DNA from: Gammaproteobacteria bacterium
GTDB taxonomy: Bacteria > Pseudomonadota > Gammaproteobacteria > Poriferisulfidales > GCA-002705445
Length of the DNA stretch: 64,000 bases
Assembly (NCBI GenBank): GCA_045561235.1
Contig: JBJKYB010000001.1
Span: 10,566 to 74,565, forward strand
Direction: 5' to 3'
This document shows positions 48,245 through 58,140 of the stretch, in pieces. Position 1 is the stretch's first letter, and each line of letters begins with the position of its first letter. The position numbers and the translations under genes are program-made. A model generated the notes under the pieces. It was not told where the DNA came from. It saw nothing but the letters and a program-made list of their open reading frames with translations, and did no database searches.

Positions 48245-49580
48245 TAAAATAAACCTTATGAAAATATTAAGCCACATTAGTTTTATTATATTCTTTTTAC
48301 TTTTAGTTTTTACAAGATCATTTGCAGGTATTTACGTTTTTGGCTTTAGGTTAGGTGAATATCTAGTTGCATTTGGTCTATTGACCTTTATTTTTTTAAT
48401 TTTCTATCCGAAAGAAACTACATTTCCAAAAGAAGTCATTACTTATCAAAAAATTATATTTTTATCCTTTTTACTTATTAATTACATTACTTATACAGAT
48501 ATTTTTAACAAATTTACATATAAAAATAGTTCATATATTTGGACAATAAGTTATTTATTTTTAGGTTATTTACTTTTTGGAAGGTATCTCGATAAAAATA
48601 AATTCTATATACTTTTTATTGGGATAATAATTTTATATGCTTTCGGTACAGGCAACTATCCTGATACACTTCAGATTCTTTTTAGAACTATAGGAGATAA
48701 ATTCACATTTGTTAAGGCAGCAGACATGCTTTTGGCAGTTGTAGTAACAAACTTATTAGCTGTACATTTATTGAGTAAAAAATACTCAAATCTTTACTTT
48801 TTGTTTTCTGTAGGTATATTTTTACCTTTACTTATTCAAATGAGTCGAGGAACAGGGGTTGCTCTTGGCATGTTCGCATTGCTATATGTTGTTTTTAACT
48901 TTAAATATTACTTTTCTAGTTTTAAAAATTTTATTATTTTAGTAACAGTTTTACCTTTATTTTTTGTAGTTTCTACATTTAGAGTTACACAATTTAATTT
49001 TGCAGACATATCAGCAGATGAACTTGAAACGGTTGTTATACAGTCCGCACCTGAGGAGCTTAAAAAAATTAAAAGAGTTGATAATAGAAGTGGGGAGATA
49101 GATCCATTTTGGTCATTTTATATATTAGATGGGAGATTAATCTCAACTGACGGAACATTTAATTGGAGGCTAAATATTTGGCAAGACCAAAATGATTACC
49201 AAAGAGAACTAAATAAATCTTTTTTTGGATATGGGTACAACGTACTGCTACCTGTTTTTGATCTACAAGTCGACAGCCAAAATATTTGGAACATTGGGCA
49301 TGATCAACAAAATAGACATGTTCATAACTACCTTGTAAATATATACAGTAGAGGCGGAGTGTTACAACTCGTATTATTTCTAGGACTGCATTTTTTTCTT
49401 TACTATTTGTATTATAAAAAGTTTAAAAATCATAATATCTTGATTCTTGTTATACCACTTATGTTCAACTCCATGACGGATATCACAATGGAAGGTGTTC
49501 AATTTCCAATAAACTTTTATTTAATTTATGGATATATTTTGTCTGTAGGGATAAAATTTGATAAGAAAGTTGAGGTTTAG
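48234..49580 (+). CDS. O-antigen ligase/polymerase-like membrane protein
   Basis: About 11 TM, SRG, WRLNIW, FGYG, HNYLVNIYSRGG. Confidence 0.75.
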   Translation: MYANKINLMKILSHISFIIFFLLLVFTRSFAGIYVFGFRLGEYLVAFGLLTFIFLIFYPKETTFPKEVITYQKIIFLSFLLINYITYTDIFNKFTYKNSSYIWTISYLFLGYLLFGRYLDKNKFYILFIGIIILYAFGTGNYPDTLQILFRTIGDKFTFVKAADMLLAVVVTNLLAVHLLSKKYSNLYFLFSVGIFLPLLIQMSRGTGVALGMFALLYVVFNFKYYFSSFKNFIILVTVLPLFFVVSTFRVTQFNFADISADELETVVIQSAPEELKKIKRVDNRSGEIDPFWSFYILDGRLISTDGTFNWRLNIWQDQNDYQRELNKSFFGYGYNVLLPVFDLQVDSQNIWNIGHDQQNRHVHNYLVNIYSRGGVLQLVLFLGLHFFLYYLYYKKFKNHNILILVIPLMFNSMTDITMEGVQFPINFYLIYGYILSVGIKFDKKVEV

Positions 49581-50609
49581 TTGAAGATTGCTTTTATTAC
49601 AGGTATAACCGGTCAAGATGGCTACTATCTTGCAAAGTTACTCCTTGAAAAAGGTTATTTAGTCCACGGGACAGTTAGAAGATCCTCCCTAATTAATACT
49701 TTTAGAATTGACTCTTTAATATCTGAGTACGGGGATAATCAATTAAATCTTCATTATTCAGATTTATTAGACTCAGCTTCCTTAAATAATTTAATCAGTG
49801 AAATTATGCCGGATGAAATATATAATCTTGCTGCACAATCACATGTTTCAGTTTCTTTTAAAAATCCAGTTTACACTACTCAGGTTGGAACACTTGGATC
49901 TATAGCAATTCTTGAGGCTATAAGGCATCATAAAAAGGATATAAAATTTTATCAAGCATCATCTTCTGAGATGTATGGCGGTGTTAATAAGGAGATGCTT
50001 AATGAAGAATCCCCTTTTGACCCCAAGAGCCCTTATGCAGCATCAAAAGTGTTCGCACACAACATGACATCAATTTACAGAGAATCATATGGAATGTTTT
50101 GTGTTAATGGTATATTGTTTAACCACGAATCTCCAATGAGAGGTGAAACTTTCGTTACAAGAAAAATCACAAGAGCTGTAGGAAGAATAAAATTAGGTAT
50201 TCAAAGTAAATTAACTCTTGGAAATTTAGAAGCATCAAGAGACTGGGGATTTTCAGGAGACTATGTCGAGGGTATGTGGAGAATGCTTCAACATAGTAAA
50301 GCAGATGATTTTGTTTTAGCAACAAGTAAATCTATTACTGTTAAAGAATTTGCAAAACTTGCCTTTGAAAATCAAGGGCTAAACTTTGAAGATTACGTAA
50401 CAACTTCGGAGAGATATTTTCGACCTAATGAAGTTGACTATCTACTGGGAGATTATTCCAAAGCAAAATCAGATTTAGGTTGGGAGCCAAAAACTAATAT
50501 AAACAAACTAGTTGATATGATGGTTCAAGAAGATTTGTTACTAGCAAAAAGAGAAAAAGTTTTAATTGATGAGGGCTTGCTAATGCCTACTTGGGAAAAC
50601 TCTTTATAA
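49581..50609 (+). CDS. gmd: GDP-mannose 4,6-dehydratase
   Basis: ITGITGQDG, YNLAAQSHV, YQASSSE, SPYAASK, LFNHESP.RG, RDWG. Confidence 0.96.
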   Translation: MKIAFITGITGQDGYYLAKLLLEKGYLVHGTVRRSSLINTFRIDSLISEYGDNQLNLHYSDLLDSASLNNLISEIMPDEIYNLAAQSHVSVSFKNPVYTTQVGTLGSIAILEAIRHHKKDIKFYQASSSEMYGGVNKEMLNEESPFDPKSPYAASKVFAHNMTSIYRESYGMFCVNGILFNHESPMRGETFVTRKITRAVGRIKLGIQSKLTLGNLEASRDWGFSGDYVEGMWRMLQHSKADDFVLATSKSITVKEFAKLAFENQGLNFEDYVTTSERYFRPNEVDYLLGDYSKAKSDLGWEPKTNINKLVDMMVQEDLLLAKREKVLIDEGLLMPTWENSL

Positions 50610-51524
50610 TTCAGTATTTTCAACAAACCATTTGTAAGTATCTTTTAAACCAGATTTAAGATTTATTTCTGGACGCCACCCAAGTTGATACATTTTTGTT
50701 GAATCTAATAACTTTCTTGGATTGCCGTCTGGTTTACTACTATCAAAATTAAGTTCCCCTTCGTAACCTACAATTGACTTGATTATTTGAGCTAATTCTT
50801 TAATGGAAATTTCTTCAGCGCTACCGACATTAATTAACGATTCAGAAGTATCTGATTTAATAATTGTATCTATTGCTTTTGCAAGGTCGTCAACATGTAA
50901 GAATTCTCTGAGTGGATTTCCCGAACCCCAGATTAAGAATTCTTTATCATTGTTTAATTTTGCTTTATGCATACGCATAATTAATCCGGGAATAACGTGA
51001 CTGTTAAGTTCAGAGAAGTAGTCGTTTGGTCCGTATAGGTTTGTTGGCATAAGGTTAATTACTTTGTGGCCGTATTCTAAATGCATTGCGTTTCCTATTT
51101 CTATTGCAGTTAGTTTTGCCATTGCATAAGGAGAGTTTGTTGGTTCAAGCTTTCCATTCATAAACTCCTCTTCCTTGATAGGGTTTTTTGAATCTAAAGG
51201 ATATATACAACTACTTCCTAAATTGACAATTTTTATATCTTTTAAATCAATACAAGCTTCTAAGATGTTCATATTTATTTTTAAATTATCAAGAATAAAT
51301 GAGACTCTTTGTGTATTGTTAGCATAAATTCCACCAACTTTTGCTGCCGCATTTACAATCACATCAGGTTGTGATTTTTTTAACTTACTGGCAGTTTGCT
51401 CAAAATTAAATAAATCAGTATCTTTTCTTGATGAAAGTTCTAGATTGTAATCACTATTTAAAGAGAAAACTCTGTTTACTGCACTTCCAACCATTCCATT
51501 TGATCCAAAAACTAATACTTTCAA
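50604..51524 (-). CDS. fcl: GDP-L-fucose synthase
   Basis: GSNGMVGS, AAAKVGGI.AN, LGSSCIYP, LEPTN.PYA.AK, PTNLYGP, SHVIP, REFLHVDD, KPDG. Confidence 0.95.
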   Translation of the reverse strand: MKVLVFGSNGMVGSAVNRVFSLNSDYNLELSSRKDTDLFNFEQTASKLKKSQPDVIVNAAAKVGGIYANNTQRVSFILDNLKINMNILEACIDLKDIKIVNLGSSCIYPLDSKNPIKEEEFMNGKLEPTNSPYAMAKLTAIEIGNAMHLEYGHKVINLMPTNLYGPNDYFSELNSHVIPGLIMRMHKAKLNNDKEFLIWGSGNPLREFLHVDDLAKAIDTIIKSDTSESLINVGSAEEISIKELAQIIKSIVGYEGELNFDSSKPDGNPRKLLDSTKMYQLGWRPEINLKSGLKDTYKWFVENTEL

Positions 51525-51578
51525 AATAACTCCAATTTAGAATACTTTTTAATTATATAGATTATTATTTGTTTATAC

Positions 51579-52445
51579 ATGATTACATTTAATCCTGAAA
51601 TCTTAAAAATACCAGCTTTTATGACAAAGTTTATAGATATAAATAACTTGAGCAGTTTTAAAAAGTTTTTGTTAATTTTAAAAGGAAAATTAACAAGTTA
51701 TATATTTAATAATTTAAGTAATAAGAATATATGTAGATTTATTAATTTATTTTTTAAACCTGATGGTGACTTAATTTATTCAGATGGCTATTTTGTTAAA
51801 AAAACTAAAGAAAAAGATATTTATTATCCAAATACAAGGTTTACACGAATCGTTATTGATCAAAAAAGATTTCTTGAGTACCTGTTTAATTCTTATTTAC
51901 TAGATCACATAGATTTTTTTAACGGAGATTTAATCATTGATTGTGGGGCAAATGTTGGTGAATTAGATTTAGCTTTCAAACAAAAAAAAATAAATATTGA
52001 TTATGTTGGAATTGAACCTGAACCCAAAACATTTTATTGCTTGAATAAGAATTCAAATAGTCAGAATTTAAATTTATGCTTATCTGAAAAGGAGGGCTCA
52101 GTACAATTTTATATTGATAGCCTTGGTGCTAATTCATCCATGATAAGCTCTCAGACTACTGAAAAATCAATTGAGGTACCCACTAAAAGATTAGATAGTA
52201 TCTTTTTAGATAAAAAAATAAAATTGCTAAAAATCGATGCAGAGGGATCAGAGCCAGAGGTGCTAAATGGAACATTAGGAATAATCAAAAATATCGATTA
52301 TATCAGTGTTGATTGTGGAGCTGAAAGAGGGGTCTCTCAAGAAACTACTTTCAGGGAAGTATATAAAATTATGGCAGAAAACAATTTTGAAATTGTTGAC
52401 ATATACCAACAGAGGTTTACTGTGCTATTTAGAAATAAAAAATGA
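51579..52445 (+). CDS. FkbM-family methyltransferase
   Basis: IDCGANVG, IEPEP, RLD, LLKIDAEGSE. Confidence 0.9.
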   Translation: MITFNPEILKIPAFMTKFIDINNLSSFKKFLLILKGKLTSYIFNNLSNKNICRFINLFFKPDGDLIYSDGYFVKKTKEKDIYYPNTRFTRIVIDQKRFLEYLFNSYLLDHIDFFNGDLIIDCGANVGELDLAFKQKKINIDYVGIEPEPKTFYCLNKNSNSQNLNLCLSEKEGSVQFYIDSLGANSSMISSQTTEKSIEVPTKRLDSIFLDKKIKLLKIDAEGSEPEVLNGTLGIIKNIDYISVDCGAERGVSQETTFREVYKIMAENNFEIVDIYQQRFTVLFRNKK

Positions 52446-53533
52446 ATTACTTTGAGTTAAATTTGCAAATTGAAAATTTTATAAAATCTTTAAAAAAGTC
52501 AGAGTATTCATTTAAACCAGTTTTAGATGGTTCAACTGAATCTGGATTAAGTATCGAATTAGGGTTTACATGTTATGCTATAAAAACACTGTACACTATA
52601 AATTCTCCAGTTGTTACTGATAGTAAGGAAATTAAGAAATATACAGATTTTATAAAATCATTTTCAAAAAGCAAAAAAGGCTTTCCATACGGTTCATTTA
52701 TTGATGAGAATTATTTAAACAGTTATAAAAAGAAATATTTTTTATTGTTAATTAAAAACATTGCAAAATTTACACTTGCTAGGATAAAGTTTTTAGAAAT
52801 ATCACCAAATTTTAAATTAAAAGAGTTTATATCAGCAGAAACAAAACAATCACTTTCTACTTTAAAACAAATCGGAATTGAGTTTAGTGACTATTCATCA
52901 GGTTTCCCAAATAATGAACTTAGTATAAAAAAGTATTCTAACTCTCTAGATTGGTCAAAACCTTGGAATGCGGGTGCTCAGCTATCAGGTATATGTATTT
53001 TTAATTCATACACGAATAATAAAGATAAAATTCGAAAAATTATTGACGATATTTTAAAAGAGTTAGTTCAAAGCGATGGTGCTTATTATCAAGGAAAAAA
53101 TATTGGAGATTCAGAAAAGATAAACGGGGCAATGAAAGTAATAACTGGAATGGATTGGTTAGGCATAGAAATTCATAAACCAAAAGAATTGATTGATATT
53201 TGTTTGTCTCATAAACCAAATAGTGAAGGTTGTGATTTAGTAGATGTTGTTTATGTCTTGTTCAAGTGCAACCAGCTAACAGATTACAAACATAAAGATA
53301 TAGAGATGTACTTGGAAAGTTTACTCCCGAGTATTATGTCTCATTACCATGCTGATTATGGTGGTTTTTCTTATTTTAAAAATAAAAGTCAAACACATTA
53401 TTACGGAGTTGAAATTTCTTATGGACATAATTCTCCTGACATACATGGAACAACTTTATTGGTTTGGGCATTGGCCATGATATTTAAAATTTTAGGCGAT
53501 GATTATCCCAATTGGTCAATCATTAAACCGTAG
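52442..53533 (+). CDS. Hypothetical protein, possible prenyltransferase/alpha-alpha barrel fold
   Basis: PWNAG, NGAMK, C..VD, GGFSYF, PDIHGT motifs. Confidence 0.55.
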   Translation: MNYFELNLQIENFIKSLKKSEYSFKPVLDGSTESGLSIELGFTCYAIKTLYTINSPVVTDSKEIKKYTDFIKSFSKSKKGFPYGSFIDENYLNSYKKKYFLLLIKNIAKFTLARIKFLEISPNFKLKEFISAETKQSLSTLKQIGIEFSDYSSGFPNNELSIKKYSNSLDWSKPWNAGAQLSGICIFNSYTNNKDKIRKIIDDILKELVQSDGAYYQGKNIGDSEKINGAMKVITGMDWLGIEIHKPKELIDICLSHKPNSEGCDLVDVVYVLFKCNQLTDYKHKDIEMYLESLLPSIMSHYHADYGGFSYFKNKSQTHYYGVEISYGHNSPDIHGTTLLVWALAMIFKILGDDYPNWSIIKP

Positions 53534-55183
53534 CCTTGCCGACCAAGTTAAAACAATAAGAAAATAGATCAAGTTTATGTAGGGAGCTTTTTTAAATAAA
53601 TTATTTGAAAATATATATGATTTAGAAATTTCACATTTGTCAACATTGCTGACCTTATATTTGTTTAGCATGAATGCAGAAATATCATTAGATTTTGCAT
53701 TTTCAATATAACTAAGACAAATTTCGCGTTCTTGGTCAATACAATTAGATTCATTATCAATGTCGTAAATAATTAACTTATTTATTTCACATAAAACACT
53801 TACACTATTTAAATCTTCAAGTTCAGAATAATATTGACTGCTATCTTGCTTTGGAAACCCAACAATATATAAATTTAAAAATATAAAAATTATAGAAAAA
53901 AACACAAAAAATCTTTTGTTTACTAAAAAAAATAAACAATAAAAAAAACTTAAAATAAGCAATGGTGAGTAATAGAAAACTTTAAATGTATCTGACGTAT
54001 ATGGATCAAAGTTATTTTCTGGTATTCCTAATGAGTTAAAATACAAAATAGCCATTCCGATAAAAGGACTAAGATAAAAGACTTTGTTTTTTTTGTCATT
54101 GTAAGAAAATAAAAATATAAATGTAAAAAGTAATAATGTAAACAGATACGATGTATAACTTCTTAATAAAGAGACTTTATCTTTAAAGGGTCCATTAAAA
54201 AAAATAAATCTATTTTTAAAATCAAAACTTATCACTTCTTCAGACTCAGAAGCTAATACAATATTCTTCCTATGCTTGTTAAACAAACTTACATCTTTAT
54301 CCCAATAAAAATTAAAATGATCACTAAAAGTATCTAATAGTGTAATACCAAGTAGTGTATTCTCATCCACTGAAAACCCACCTATTTGACGACTTTTGCC
54401 AAGGGGGTTTTTATAAAGAATATTTATAGATGCTTTATTATCATATTTTTCGTAACTAGCTCTACTTAAAATAGAATTTTCATTTTTGATATAGTTTTCA
54501 ATAAATATAGGTGTTGCAATTATTGAAAATAATAATGCAAGTAAGAAAATTGCTTTAATGCCAAGTTCTTTAATAAAATCTTTATATATAAAAATTAAAA
54601 AAATAGGAATCATACCAAAAAAGGTTCCTTTAGTACTAATTATTAAAGCCAAAGTAAGAAACCCTAGAAATAAATTTGGTAGTCGCTTTGTATTCTTAAA
54701 TTGTTCTATGTGGAGTAACAGCACTGGCAAAAGAGCATAAACTAAAACCTCGGGCTTCATAGTTATTCTTAAAGCCAGCAATGGAGGGAAAAAATTAATA
54801 ATATTTAAAACAAGAATTATTTTGACTTCATCAAATTTGATAAATTTAAAATATCTGTAGTAAAAGTAAGATCCGAAAAACACTAGCAGAGTGTTTACTA
54901 ATTGAATAGAAAAACTCAAAGAAGATTGTAAATTTGATAAATTTAAAAAATCATTATGTAAATTTATAGCTAATGAAATAAGAAAAAAATATAATGAACC
55001 TTGGTCCAATCCAGTGTTTTTAGTTTCATCAAAGAAATATTCAAGATAATAAATATATCTCTCATAATCGGCTCCAAATGTTGAATTAAAAAATAAATTT
55101 GTAAAGATAAATATATACAAATTACTAAAAATAAAAGAAATTATTAGAAATATTTTTTTAGTATTTCGATTAATTAAGTTCAT
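53516..55183 (-). CDS. GT-C-like polytopic membrane glycosyltransferase
   Basis: GADYERY after first TM, MKPE, DTFSDHF, DTFK; homologous motifs to 18990-20348. Confidence 0.6.
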   Translation of the reverse strand: MNLINRNTKKIFLIISFIFSNLYIFIFTNLFFNSTFGADYERYIYYLEYFFDETKNTGLDQGSLYFFLISLAINLHNDFLNLSNLQSSLSFSIQLVNTLLVFFGSYFYYRYFKFIKFDEVKIILVLNIINFFPPLLALRITMKPEVLVYALLPVLLLHIEQFKNTKRLPNLFLGFLTLALIISTKGTFFGMIPIFLIFIYKDFIKELGIKAIFLLALLFSIIATPIFIENYIKNENSILSRASYEKYDNKASINILYKNPLGKSRQIGGFSVDENTLLGITLLDTFSDHFNFYWDKDVSLFNKHRKNIVLASESEEVISFDFKNRFIFFNGPFKDKVSLLRSYTSYLFTLLLFTFIFLFSYNDKKNKVFYLSPFIGMAILYFNSLGIPENNFDPYTSDTFKVFYYSPLLILSFFYCLFFLVNKRFFVFFSIIFIFLNLYIVGFPKQDSSQYYSELEDLNSVSVLCEINKLIIYDIDNESNCIDQEREICLSYIENAKSNDISAFMLNKYKVSNVDKCEISKSYIFSNNLFKKAPYINLIYFLIVLTWSARLRFND

Positions 55184-56484
55184 CTAGATACATTGAATTT
55201 ATATAAAGAATTAATAAAGTATATTAATAATTTCCAACCATCACGAAATCTAGATATTTGTGTAGATCCATACTTTCTACTTCTGTAATGAACTGGATAT
55301 TCTAAAATTTTTTGACCAGAGTAAGCAGCTGAAAAAATGAAATCAAAATCACCAAAAGGGTCTTTTATTATTGTTGAACCAGCCCACCTGTTAAGGTGGT
55401 TTAAATAACTTTTTTTAAAAACTTTTGTTCCACATAAAGAGTCCGTCAATTTTTGTTTTATAACAACAGAAATCATTGCTTGAAATAATAAATTACCTAC
55501 AACATTCAAAAGACGCATTGCATTTTTTTCTTTTCCGTATATGAGCCTTGTTCCATTTACAAAATCAGCATGACCATCTTCAATAATCTTGAAAAAATGA
55601 GATAAAGTTTCAGGGTCAACACTAATGTCCGAATCAAGGATTGCAATAAGTTCATTATTAGAAGCAGATATCCCCTGAAAAACAGCATTTGATTTTCCCC
55701 TGCCATCCTGTTCGAGTACTTTAATATTCTTTTCTGAATTCTTTACTTTAATTTTTTCGGAAACGCCTAAAGTATTATCTGATGAGTCTCCACAAATTAT
55801 TATTATTTCATATTCACCTTCAAAATCAGGAATTCTATTGATTAGTTCTTCTAAATTTCCTTCTTCATTTTTTGCAGGAACAATTATTGATTTTGAATAT
55901 TTTTTTTCTTTTATATTTACAAAACGAAATAACGAATAAGTTTTGATGCCTAAATTTAAGTAAAAGAATAAAAGCTCTAAAAATTTGTTTATAAACGATC
56001 CAAGTCCGTAGACGTGAAATGGAAATACTTGTCTAGTATTAGTAGATATTAACTCTAAACCAGCAGATCTTGCTATATTATTAATTTTTTTTGGATTAAT
56101 ATAGCTTCTTCTTTTTGTGTCTTTTTTAAATTTAAAAACCTCAAATAATTTTAAAATATTATTCCATTTTGGGTTTATTGATGTAATTAGCAACTTTCCA
56201 TCATCTTCTAAAATTTGGCCTATTTTCAAAAGAAAATCATAAACATCTTCAGACAATTCAAAAAGATCTGTAATTATAACAAAAGCAAATTTTTCATTAT
56301 TTTTAATATAATTTTCTACGACTGTAAAGTCATTAAACTTTATTCTTACAACATTTTCCTTGTTATTATTTTCTACATAATTTGAATCAGTGTTTATTAA
56401 ATGTAAGGAGTTTGAAGTGAAATCATTATATCTTGCAATCTCATAAGAATGATTTTTATAAAAAGTTTTAGAGCTGATTAACAT
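55180..56484 (-). CDS. GT2 polyprenyl-phosphate glycosyltransferase with degenerate N-terminal methyltransferase-like domain
   Basis: C-terminal SIIVPAKNEEGN, GKSNAV, LDSD, NGTRL, DSLCGTK, DPFGDF. Confidence 0.82.
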   Translation of the reverse strand: MLISSKTFYKNHSYEIARYNDFTSNSLHLINTDSNYVENNNKENVVRIKFNDFTVVENYIKNNEKFAFVIITDLFELSEDVYDFLLKIGQILEDDGKLLITSINPKWNNILKLFEVFKFKKDTKRRSYINPKKINNIARSAGLELISTNTRQVFPFHVYGLGSFINKFLELLFFYLNLGIKTYSLFRFVNIKEKKYSKSIIVPAKNEEGNLEELINRIPDFEGEYEIIIICGDSSDNTLGVSEKIKVKNSEKNIKVLEQDGRGKSNAVFQGISASNNELIAILDSDISVDPETLSHFFKIIEDGHADFVNGTRLIYGKEKNAMRLLNVVGNLLFQAMISVVIKQKLTDSLCGTKVFKKSYLNHLNRWAGSTIIKDPFGDFDFIFSAAYSGQKILEYPVHYRSRKYGSTQISRFRDGWKLLIYFINSLYKFNVSR

Positions 56485-56552
56485 TTTCCAAGTATATTAT
56501 ATTAAATATTTTTCTAGAAAGTTATTTAAATTCTTTAATTAGCATTAGTTAG

Positions 56553-57497
56553 ATGATTAATTATTTATTTTGTCTAGATGAGAATTATAATAATCAATTT
56601 TTGACTACACTATGTTCTTTAAATGAAAACTCCACAAAAAAATTTAATGTATTTGTAATTCATAAAAATCCAAAAAATTTAAAAAAATATTTTCTTAACT
56701 CAAAGAATCAATTTAATCTAATAAATGAAATTAATTTCTATCAAATAGATAATTTAGATTTCGCCTTTCCAAATCTTGAAAAAAATCACATATCTGAAGC
56801 AACATACTACAGATTTTTTATCGAAAAATACTTACCTACTGACATAGATTCTATTGTTTATTTAGACTGCGACATTGTTTGCATTAATAACCCTGAAGAT
56901 ATTTTAAGTTCAGCTTTAGAAGAATTAAAAGACTCAAACTACATAGTCGGAGCTTCTACAGAATATATAAAAAATAAAAGAACAAAAGAAGTATTTAACA
57001 GATTAAATTTAAATTCAAATACTTACTTCAATGCAGGAGTTATGTTAATTGATTATAAAAAGTGGATAAAAGAAAGTCTTATGAGTAAACTTTTGGAGCT
57101 TATGGTAGATATAAGAGATGATATTAATTTCTGGGACCAAGACGTATTGAATAAATTTATAGACGGAAGTTATTTAGAATTATCAAACTACTTAAATTTC
57201 AGCTTGATTAACGAGTTCTCAAATAACTTAAGTGAAATTAGTAGGAAAATAGTTTTTATTCATTATTCGGGAAGTTCAAAACCATGGACAATAAAGGGCA
57301 TAAACATCAAATCTTCTTATTATTTTCACTATTACTATCACATTCATTCTGATAAATATTACTTTCTAACTACTAATTACAAAAAAGGAGCATTACTTGA
57401 CTTACTCAAAGTATTATTTTCTTTAAAAATTCTAACCTTAAACTATCCAAGGAAGTTCTTAAGAGTTTCTTTAAAGGTAATTTTTAACAATGAGTAA
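56553..57497 (+). CDS. GT8 family glycosyltransferase
   Basis: DENY, TYYRF, YLDCD, YFNAGVMLI, DQDVLN, HYSG..KPW. Confidence 0.92.
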   Translation: MINYLFCLDENYNNQFLTTLCSLNENSTKKFNVFVIHKNPKNLKKYFLNSKNQFNLINEINFYQIDNLDFAFPNLEKNHISEATYYRFFIEKYLPTDIDSIVYLDCDIVCINNPEDILSSALEELKDSNYIVGASTEYIKNKRTKEVFNRLNLNSNTYFNAGVMLIDYKKWIKESLMSKLLELMVDIRDDINFWDQDVLNKFIDGSYLELSNYLNFSLINEFSNNLSEISRKIVFIHYSGSSKPWTIKGINIKSSYYFHYYYHIHSDKYYFLTTNYKKGALLDLLKVLFSLKILTLNYPRKFLRVSLKVIFNNE

Positions 57498-58131
57498 AAA
57501 ATTTAAAACATACGTAGTTCATTTCAAACTATTAGAAGAAAGAAAAAAAAATCTTGAGACAGTTTTGAATAATGAGGATATTGAATATGAATTTATTACT
57601 TTATATGACAGGAGGAACCTTCAAATTGAAGTAATTAATAAATTTAAAGTTATTGAAAATAAATTTATTGCAAACTTTATGTCTCATATTGAAATATATA
57701 AAAATATTTCGGAGAGTGAGGATGATTATGGTCTTGTATTAGAAGATGATTCTATTCCAGATAAAAAATTCAATAACAATGTATACAATTATTTGAATAA
57801 ACTGCCAAAAGAGTTTGATCTGTTCTATATAAGTCCTGGTAAAGGAAATTTTCATATCCCATATTTTAAAAGGAGACCATTTAAAAAAATTTATAAGAAA
57901 GAAAACGAAATAACTAGTTGGGGTGGACACGGGGCAAGCAGATACGCTGATGCTTATTTTATTTCAAACAAATGTGCTTCTTTGTTGTATGATGAGTTCA
58001 TTAATTGTAATGAAAAGATTGATACAACAATTGATTGGTGGAAAAACCAAATGATTGATAAATTAAAATTAAATGTTTATTGGGCTGAACCCACAATTAT
58101 TAAAACAAATGTATATGAAACATCATTTTAG
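57490..58131 (+). CDS. GT25 family glycosyltransferase
   Basis: ERKK, SH..IY, LVLEDD, AYFIS. Confidence 0.8.
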   Translation: MSKKFKTYVVHFKLLEERKKNLETVLNNEDIEYEFITLYDRRNLQIEVINKFKVIENKFIANFMSHIEIYKNISESEDDYGLVLEDDSIPDKKFNNNVYNYLNKLPKEFDLFYISPGKGNFHIPYFKRRPFKKIYKKENEITSWGGHGASRYADAYFISNKCASLLYDEFINCNEKIDTTIDWWKNQMIDKLKLNVYWAEPTIIKTNVYETSF

Positions 58132-58140
58132 CTTCTAACC

